A DNA stretch of 64,000 nt, taken from Candidatus Atabeyarchaeum deiterrae (lineage in GTDB: Archaea > Asgardarchaeota > Atabeyarchaeia > Atabeyarchaeales > Atabeyarchaeaceae). Under the pieces are notes generated by a model. That model was not told the DNA's origin. It searched no databases and was given only the letters and a program-made list of their open reading frames with translations. Positions 57,494 through 64,000 of the stretch are shown piece after piece; position 1 is the first letter of the stretch, and each line of letters starts with the position of its first letter. Position numbers and translations under genes: made by a program. The stretch is from NCBI GenBank assembly GCA_037310415.1, contig CP147780.1, positions 1,312,001-1,376,000 on the forward strand. Direction: 5' to 3'.

Positions 57494-58798
57494 ATGGTAG
57501 AAACACCACCATTTACGGATTTACAGAAACGATTCAATGAAGCATTATCCAACAAGAACGATGTCATGAGCAGGAAGTACATTTGTGACAACGCTGCTGT
57601 GCTCAGGCGACAAACTGCTAGAATGGATCTGAAGAGTGCACAGGAGAAGTTTCGCCGGATCAAGGAGTACTCAATACAGAATTTAGAAACACTTGTCAAG
57701 CAGGCCAAGGCAAGCTTCGAAAAGAATGGGTGCATAGTGCATGTATGTAGAAATGCGGACGAGGCGTTGAAGACAGTCACCGAACTGGTCAAAGGTGAGG
57801 AATTCGTTCTAAAATCCAAATCAAATGAAGTCAAGGAAATCGGTTTACCTGAAACCCTTGAATCTCAAGGAATCAAAGTGATTGAGACAGACCTCGGAGA
57901 CAGGGCCCTGCAATTGACTGGAGACAAGCCCTTCCACGCTCAAGGACCAGCAGTCCTAGTTCCCGCGGCGAAAATAGCGGAGGCTTTCTCAAAGAACCTA
58001 GGGCAGCCCGTCAAGCCCATGCCACATGACATAGTTGCGGCAGCCCGAAAAGGATTCAGAGATCTGTTCTTCAAGGCAAAGGTTGGAATCACAGGGGCAA
58101 ATGCAATTGCAGCAGAAGGAGCAATAGTTCTGGTCGAGAACGAAGGGAACATATCGAATATCACGAGGCTATGCGATCGTCACATAGTCGTGGCGGGAAT
58201 AAACAAGGTCGTCCCCACATTCGAGGACGCTTTCCATGTAGCAAGGACTAATGAGCACTTCCTTGGAATACTTGGAACGTATATTTCGGTCATAGCCGGT
58301 CCAAGTAGAACCAGAGACATACAGGGGTTAGAGGTGCTAGGCGTCCACGGTGCAAAAGAGGTTCATGTAGTTCTTGTTGACGACTGGAGAACCAGAGCTA
58401 AGCAGGAAGGATTCGAGGAGAGTCTGTACTGTGTTCACTGTTCATCATGTTTCTACGATTGCCCTGTATTTAGGCAGGTAGGTTCAGACTATGGCTACAA
58501 GTACAAGAACTTCGGCGGAATTGGCGTAATTCACACAGCTTTTCAGAAAGGATTGAAGGAAGCCGCGCGGGCAGGTCTATTCGCTTGCACCGTATGCAAA
58601 GGTTGCGTCGACAAGTGTCCAGGGAAAATAGATACGCCAGGCATGATACTCAAGTTGCGGCGAAAAGCGATAGAAGAGGGAATCAAACCACCAATCTATG
58701 ATGCAACATTGGAGAACATTGACAAATCAGGAAACGTCTTCAACCTATCATCTGACGATAGGCTCGAGTGGATCGAGACTGGAGAACCATCATTCTAG
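57494..58798 (+). CDS. lutB: LUD-domain lactate utilization protein B-like with 2x[4Fe-4S]
   Basis: KSKSN..EI, ETDLG, GITGAN, ENEGN, GPSRTRDI, GVHGAKEVHVV, CVHCSSCFYDCP, CTVCKGCVDKCP. Confidence 0.9.
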   Translation: MVETPPFTDLQKRFNEALSNKNDVMSRKYICDNAAVLRRQTARMDLKSAQEKFRRIKEYSIQNLETLVKQAKASFEKNGCIVHVCRNADEALKTVTELVKGEEFVLKSKSNEVKEIGLPETLESQGIKVIETDLGDRALQLTGDKPFHAQGPAVLVPAAKIAEAFSKNLGQPVKPMPHDIVAAARKGFRDLFFKAKVGITGANAIAAEGAIVLVENEGNISNITRLCDRHIVVAGINKVVPTFEDAFHVARTNEHFLGILGTYISVIAGPSRTRDIQGLEVLGVHGAKEVHVVLVDDWRTRAKQEGFEESLYCVHCSSCFYDCPVFRQVGSDYGYKYKNFGGIGVIHTAFQKGLKEAARAGLFACTVCKGCVDKCPGKIDTPGMILKLRRKAIEEGIKPPIYDATLENIDKSGNVFNLSSDDRLEWIETGEPSF

Positions 58799-58951
58799 TA
58801 TCAGAGAAAAGACTGTTTGGCAATCTCATCCAGCCTTTTCATTGTTACAGGTCTAAGGACTGCTTAGACTTCGACACTTTGTTTCTGAACAGGAAAATCT
58901 TATTATGCAGATGTAAATACTACGAAACTTAGAGGTTAGAGGTGATGTTGA

Positions 58952-59185
58952 ATGCCACCAGAGATCGATAGAGATACATGTATTGGGTGCCAAGCGTGTG
59001 TTCAAGCCTGCCCGAACAATGCACTTGAGATGGACTCGGAGGAGAAGTCTGTCTTAGCTCATCCTGAAAAATGCACAGACGTATGGGCTTGTGTTGACGT
59101 GTGCCCAACGAACGCTTGTCAGAAACCTGCGAAGAAAGAGGCACCCGCGAAGAAGGAAGCGGCGGCGAAACCTCCCAAGAAATAG
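58952..59185 (+). CDS. Dicluster ferredoxin with K/A/P-rich tail
   Basis: CIGCQACVQACP and CTDVWACVDVCP; GAGGTGA SD. Confidence 0.92.
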   Translation: MPPEIDRDTCIGCQACVQACPNNALEMDSEEKSVLAHPEKCTDVWACVDVCPTNACQKPAKKEAPAKKEAAAKPPKK

Positions 59186-59409
59186 ATGTGAACAATTGAG
59201 CTAATCGATTTTCCTCCTGAGACACTTTTTTCGGCGTATGAGTGAAGTGAGTGTTACTGACACAGTATTAAGCAATTAAAATACAGAGGTATCCAATCAA
59301 TTAGTATCCCAATGGAACTAGCAAAGAGATATATTTGGAAGACGATCCTAAGCAATACAAATGGGTCAGTCTATCCAGGATGGCGAACCAGTTGAGTAAG
59401 TTTGTTAAG

Positions 59410-59601
59410 ATGCCCGTGATTGATCTTGACACATGCGTCGGAACCGGAAACTGTGTTCAAAACTGCTCGAAGAAAGCGCTGAAGTTGGTAAACGGTAGAG
59501 CCGTTCTTACAAACGAGCGTCTCTGCGCTGACTGCAGAGAAACAGAATGCGAATTCTGCTGCCCAACTGGTGCAATCACTGTTAAGTACAGAGAGGTTTA
59601 G
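59410..59601 (+). CDS. Dicluster ferredoxin
   Basis: CVGTGNCVQNC and CADCRETECEFCCP; ORF from 59335. Confidence 0.85.
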   Translation: MPVIDLDTCVGTGNCVQNCSKKALKLVNGRAVLTNERLCADCRETECEFCCPTGAITVKYREV

Positions 59602-59748
59602 GAAAAGCCTGCCGCTGATTATTGCTGACGCTAATCCCATTGTTACACAATCAAATATCGTCTGCTTGCATTCAACTCTCTCTCACATGAGTGAATGAAT
59701 GCTATATCTTATTTTCCAGACCGACCATGTCTTGAAGAAGGTTCGTGC

Positions 59749-60228
59749 TCAACTCTTTCCGGGTGACTTACCTTTACTTGTTCGCTTTTTCGATAGGTCG
59801 TCCAGAAGCAGTTTCAGTGAAGAGACTATTGCCTCATGCACTTTCGGACTTAGCTCAGGCGTCAGATCAATTCCCCTCAGGTTGACCAAGTCTTGGGAGT
59901 AGTTATCTAGGAAGACTTTAGTCACTTCCTGCAAGACAACCTCTGCAATCCTCAGTGGAAAACTCTCAAGAGCTACAAGAGAAACAATGACTTGAGGCTG
60001 CTCCATTACCTGTTGTGCCACAATCTTCAACGGGGGAATGCTGACTGTCTTCAAGACAGCGTCTTTGGAAACCTCCCTTGCAAATGATGCAATTGCACTA
60101 AGAAAGCCTGTGACTAGATTCGGCTCAACTGAGCCTCCCCAATACTCAAGGTGAAACACGGAAACCCCATCAACCATTATGTAAACGTTGCTGATTGCCC
60201 CATGTTCCCCCATTTCCTCATTTTCCAT
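59749..60228 (-). CDS. Stand-alone longin-like domain protein
   Basis: NVYIMVDGVSVFHLEY..VEPNLVTGFLSAIASFAREV..L.EV.KVF...Y, same signature as the tails of the two surface proteins; ORF to 60270. Confidence 0.75.
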   Translation of the reverse strand: MENEEMGEHGAISNVYIMVDGVSVFHLEYWGGSVEPNLVTGFLSAIASFAREVSKDAVLKTVSIPPLKIVAQQVMEQPQVIVSLVALESFPLRIAEVVLQEVTKVFLDNYSQDLVNLRGIDLTPELSPKVHEAIVSSLKLLLDDLSKKRTSKGKSPGKS

Positions 60229-60471
60229 TGAAGCAGATCCTCCGCAAATATTCAACAGCTTGCAGCCCAATTATCGCGATTGGACAGAGCTGCAAATTGG
60301 AACTCAGAAGACAATCACGTTTTTGAATGATACAATGCGAACATCCTCTGCATACCGATATTATTAAGCTTGTCACAACAACATTAAAATATTTTCGGCA
60401 GAAAGGATTAGTTAACCCACAAGCACTGTACTAGCGATAGCACGATAAGTTGAGATGCCCGCTGGGTGGAG

Positions 60472-60486
60472 ATAGTATTATACTAT
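60472..60486. promoter_or_regulatory. Perfect 7-1-7 palindrome in divergent intergenic region
   Basis: ATAGTAT-T-ATACTAT. Confidence 0.45.
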
Positions 60487-60605
60487 ACACATGAGATTTA
60501 AGACACTTTACTCTAAATCAATACATCCTGCAATAATACTAGCATAACTTACTGGAAATAACTTCTTGATCACCCGTTACATTACGTTTTACTCCTAGCT
60601 CCTAG

Positions 60606-63485
60606 GTGTGTGAGAGTCGATTGCCCAGTAAACCTCAGCAAACTCAAAACGAGGTTAAGGATGCCACCAAGAAGATGGTGAAATGGCACCTGATGGAGCC
60701 TAATGACGTACTAAGGAGCCTAGATACTTCCCCTAAAGGACTAACCAAAAAAGAAGCCCTGGTACGAATCGAGAAGTTCGGTCCCAACGAGATCGTTTCT
60801 AAGAAGAAGTTCTCCAAATTGAAACTACTTCTTAAACAATTTACCAGTTTTCTAGTCATCATTTTGATCGCTGGGGTAGTAATCTCAGCCGTAGTCGACC
60901 TGGCGAAGAATGAGTTTCCGGTGGACTCCGCTGTAATACTGGTCATAGTAGTAATGAGCGCCGTTCTTGGATTCACTCAGGAATATCGTGCCGAGCAGGC
61001 GATGGAAGCACTTAAGAAAATGGCTGCCCCGAAAGCAAAAGCTCTCCGAGATGGAGTCGAAACTGAGGTGGAGTCGCGCGAACTCGTACCAGGTGACTTA
61101 CTCCTCTTAGACATGGGAAGCAAAGTCCCCGCTGACGCAAGACTGATTGAAGGAATGAACCTCAAGATTGACGAAGCCGTCTTGACTGGTGAGTCCACAT
61201 CGGTCGAGAAATCAGCCGAGCGGCTCAGGGACGACGCTCCCGTTAATGAGAGAGCGAACATGCTATTCGCTTCAACAATAGTGACCTACGGAAGAGGTAA
61301 GGCCGTTGTAGTGGGCACGGGGATGAGCACTGAGTTCGGGCAAATAGCCAGGATGATGGAGGAAGCAGAGAAGGGAAGTACGCCTCTTGAAAAGAGACTT
61401 CAAACAGTTGGAAAGTGGCTAGGAATCACATTTCTGTTTGTTACAATGGTTGTAGCCGTCTTTGGACTCATCAGGGGAGAATTGGACCCTCTTAGTATGC
61501 TTGTATGGGCGATAAGTTTGGCGGTTGCAGCTATCCCTGAGGCTTTGCCAGTTGTCATCACAGGGTCACTCGCCATTGGTATGCGGCGCATGGCTAGGCA
61601 TAACGCCATAATCCGAAAGTTGCCCGCAGTTGAAACACTCGGATGTGCAACAGTAATCTGCTCAGACAAGACAGGTACTCTGACCAAGAACGAGATGACT
61701 GTTCGTAAGATCTTCACTTCGGAGAGGTTCATCGACATATCAGGTGTGGGTGTGACGCCCAGTGGTGAATTCTCAATCAATGGTGAGAGAGCTGATCCGA
61801 GTGATGATGAGGATTTGATGAAGCTCCTCACTGTTGGAACGCTCTGCAACGACTCAGAACTCATCTACGATAACAACTCTTGGCGAACCACGGGTGACAC
61901 TACCGAAGCGGCCTTACTAGTGGCAGCCACGAAAGCAGGTGTTAACAAAGAAGAGTTGGACACAACGCATCGGAGAGTAGCCGAAGTTCCATTCGAATCA
62001 GAGAGAAAGCGAATGTCAACTATTCATCCCTTAGAAGACAAAGGATTCATTGTATGTGTCAAAGGGGCGCCAGAAATACTTCTTGATCTTTCAATAAGGT
62101 ACAGGAGTGAAGGGAAAGAAGAGAAGCTGACGAACAAGGTCAGGCAGTCATTCTTGAAAGCGAATGAAGAGATGGCCTCAAAAGCGCTGCGTGTATTGGG
62201 TATAGCTTACTCAAATCTGGAGAAACTGCCCAAAGGTCAACCAACTCCGGAAACTGTCGAGAAGGATTTAGTATTCGCAGGACTTGTGGGAATGATTGAT
62301 CCACCAAGGCCAGAGGCTAAACAAGCTATCGAGAAATGCAAGACTGCAGGAATAAAAGTGATCATGATCACGGGGGACCATAGACTCACAGCGGAAGCAG
62401 TTGCGAGAGAACTCGGATTACTTACGGATGGCGACGATGACCGCGAAAAAGGCTCGCAGAACGATGCATCCGACAACAAGGCTGCACTAAGGATCATGAC
62501 CGGTGTCGAACTGGATAAGATAAGCGATAAGCAACTCGTGAAGATAGCAAATGAAGTGGCAGTATATGCCAGAGTATCACCAGAACATAAACTAAGGATC
62601 GTTAAAGCGTTGAAAGCAAATGGCCACGTCGTGGCCATGACTGGAGATGGAGTAAATGATGCTCCAGCATTGAAAAACTCAGACATTGGTGTCGCCATGG
62701 GAATAACCGGAACCGACGTGACCAAGGAAGCTTCTGACATGGTCTTATCGGACGATAATTTTGCGACAATAGTCTCAGCTGTTGAAGAGGGCAGAGGGAT
62801 ATACGACAACATCAAGAAGTATCTTTTGTATCTGCTTTCAAGCAATGTTGGGGAAGTTCTGACCCTTTTCCTAGCAAGTGCCCTTGGTTTCCCACTCCCG
62901 CTCATCGCGCTGCAAATTCTTTGGGTAAATCTTGTAACAGACGGGTTCCCAGCCCTAGCACTCTCCATAGATCCGCCTGACGTAGATATCATGAGTAGAC
63001 CTCCGCGAGATCCCAAGGAAAGCATCTTCACGAAAAGAGTTAAGGCAATGATCTTAGGAATAGGTTTCCTAATGCCCCTTTCAGTTCTATCAGTCTTCTA
63101 TATCTACAATCCTGCTCTCAGTGATAGCGTAGGATCTCCCAGCGCAAGTTATGTGTATGCAATGACGATGGCTTTTACAACAATGGTCATTTTTGAAATG
63201 TTCAACGTCTACACATGCAGATCTGAGAGATACCCCGTCTTCAAAGTAGGATTTCTCAAGAACAAGTACCTGAATATTTCGGTGATAGTTTCAATACTCC
63301 TTCAATTGCTCGTCGTATACACGCCAATGTTTGAAGTGCTCTTCGAAACACACTCTCTGTCAATATGGGACTGGACTATAGTAATAGCAGCAGGTTGCAT
63401 TCCGCTGATAGCAGGAGAACTGGGAAAAGCGGCATTCCCATCCAAAACGAAGCGAGCGAAGCAAGTGGGAAACAAGCGAAGTTGA
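60606..63485 (+). CDS. P-type ATPase, type IIA (Ca2+-transporting-like)
   Basis: TGES, AIPEALP, DKTGTLT, KGAPE, TGDGVNDAPAL, SNVGE, WVNLVTDG; alternative start 60675. Confidence 0.95.
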   Translation: MCESRLPSKPQQTQNEVKDATKKMVKWHLMEPNDVLRSLDTSPKGLTKKEALVRIEKFGPNEIVSKKKFSKLKLLLKQFTSFLVIILIAGVVISAVVDLAKNEFPVDSAVILVIVVMSAVLGFTQEYRAEQAMEALKKMAAPKAKALRDGVETEVESRELVPGDLLLLDMGSKVPADARLIEGMNLKIDEAVLTGESTSVEKSAERLRDDAPVNERANMLFASTIVTYGRGKAVVVGTGMSTEFGQIARMMEEAEKGSTPLEKRLQTVGKWLGITFLFVTMVVAVFGLIRGELDPLSMLVWAISLAVAAIPEALPVVITGSLAIGMRRMARHNAIIRKLPAVETLGCATVICSDKTGTLTKNEMTVRKIFTSERFIDISGVGVTPSGEFSINGERADPSDDEDLMKLLTVGTLCNDSELIYDNNSWRTTGDTTEAALLVAATKAGVNKEELDTTHRRVAEVPFESERKRMSTIHPLEDKGFIVCVKGAPEILLDLSIRYRSEGKEEKLTNKVRQSFLKANEEMASKALRVLGIAYSNLEKLPKGQPTPETVEKDLVFAGLVGMIDPPRPEAKQAIEKCKTAGIKVIMITGDHRLTAEAVARELGLLTDGDDDREKGSQNDASDNKAALRIMTGVELDKISDKQLVKIANEVAVYARVSPEHKLRIVKALKANGHVVAMTGDGVNDAPALKNSDIGVAMGITGTDVTKEASDMVLSDDNFATIVSAVEEGRGIYDNIKKYLLYLLSSNVGEVLTLFLASALGFPLPLIALQILWVNLVTDGFPALALSIDPPDVDIMSRPPRDPKESIFTKRVKAMILGIGFLMPLSVLSVFYIYNPALSDSVGSPSASYVYAMTMAFTTMVIFEMFNVYTCRSERYPVFKVGFLKNKYLNISVIVSILLQLLVVYTPMFEVLFETHSLSIWDWTIVIAAGCIPLIAGELGKAAFPSKTKRAKQVGNKRS

Positions 63486-63557
63486 TAGCAGACTGGGGTT
63501 CTTCTCGGCAAAACGAAAAAAGGTCACTTCCAAATCTTGGGGAGCTGCAAGATGTCT

Positions 63558-64000
63558 TTATGCATGGACTTTGACCTCCACCTGCGGGTATCCTTTGAGC
63601 AGTCTCTTGAGAGACTGTGCCATTTCTCTCATCTCCACGTCATCTGAAGAGAACTCCCTCAGGAAGTTGTAGAACTCGACATGGATTACTTTGCCTGCGC
63701 GATAGACGGTTAGAATCCTTAGATAGCCCGATGAGTTTTCGTCACTCATGGTAGAACGTTTAGTGAAGATGCCATCTATCCTTTCAGTGAAGTCCTCACT
63801 TTTCTCGATACTTGTGGAGCTGTAGCCCATCTCATTCAAGCGATTCAGGATCACGCTGAATACCCTTTCAGTCGTGATAGGCTCCATGGGCGTCACCCCT
63901 ACTTCCTTCCTATCTTCGGTGTCCGCCGTATCGACTCCTGTTGGTTCAAGCCCCTTGTTTCTCAATTCTTTCTCAGCCGCGCCTATACCATTCGTATTCC
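63558..64000 (-). CDS. Hypothetical protein, 5'-truncated by window edge
   Basis: Frame remains open from 63965 to the window end (NTNGIGAAEKELR..). Confidence 0.65.
   Translation of the reverse strand, partial: NTNGIGAAEKELRNKGLEPTGVDTADTEDRKEVGVTPMEPITTERVFSVILNRLNEMGYSSTSIEKSEDFTERIDGIFTKRSTMSDENSSGYLRILTVYRAGKVIHVEFYNFLREFSSDDVEMREMAQSLKRLLKGYPQVEVKVHA

Noticed and set aside
62237-63031. Long antisense ORFs (e.g. 62237-63031, 52533-53201, 13920-14447)
   Set aside because: Shadows of well-supported genes on the opposite strand; no motifs.
1-64000. tRNA, rRNA, CRISPR arrays, selenocysteine read-through, integrase or provirus
   Set aside because: None seen by eye in intergenic regions or at the TGA stops inspected; tRNAscan/Infernal would be needed to exclude small ncRNAs.

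Overview
Gene-dense archaeal chromosomal segment with about 53 CDS; no rRNA, tRNA or CRISPR array was recognised. It is very likely from an Asgard archaeon (class cannot be fixed from this window), because it carries several eukaryotic-signature proteins: an Arp2/3 subunit ARPC4-like protein, ribosomal protein eL22, three longin-like domain proteins and a small GTPase. The rest is anaerobic heterotrophic metabolism (tungsten AOR with MoaD, ADP-forming acyl-CoA synthetases, CoA-transferase, LutAB-like proteins, ferredoxins, GH35), chaperones (dnaJ separate from grpE-dnaK), TldD/PmbA and a P-type ATPase. Best candidate for an undescribed system: a tandem pair of single-pass surface proteins (sequon-rich ectodomain - TM - cytoplasmic longin - winged helix) duplicated together with their promoter, which may signal through a soluble longin and a small GTPase. 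Other highlights: a multidomain ARPC4 homologue, a solo IS607 TnpA with its catalytic Ser replaced next to 10-bp-periodic repeats, a bacterial-type HU, a Moco/cytochrome-b fusion without a Tat motif, and several intact pseudoenzymes. All family calls come from motif recognition by eye; no searches were run.
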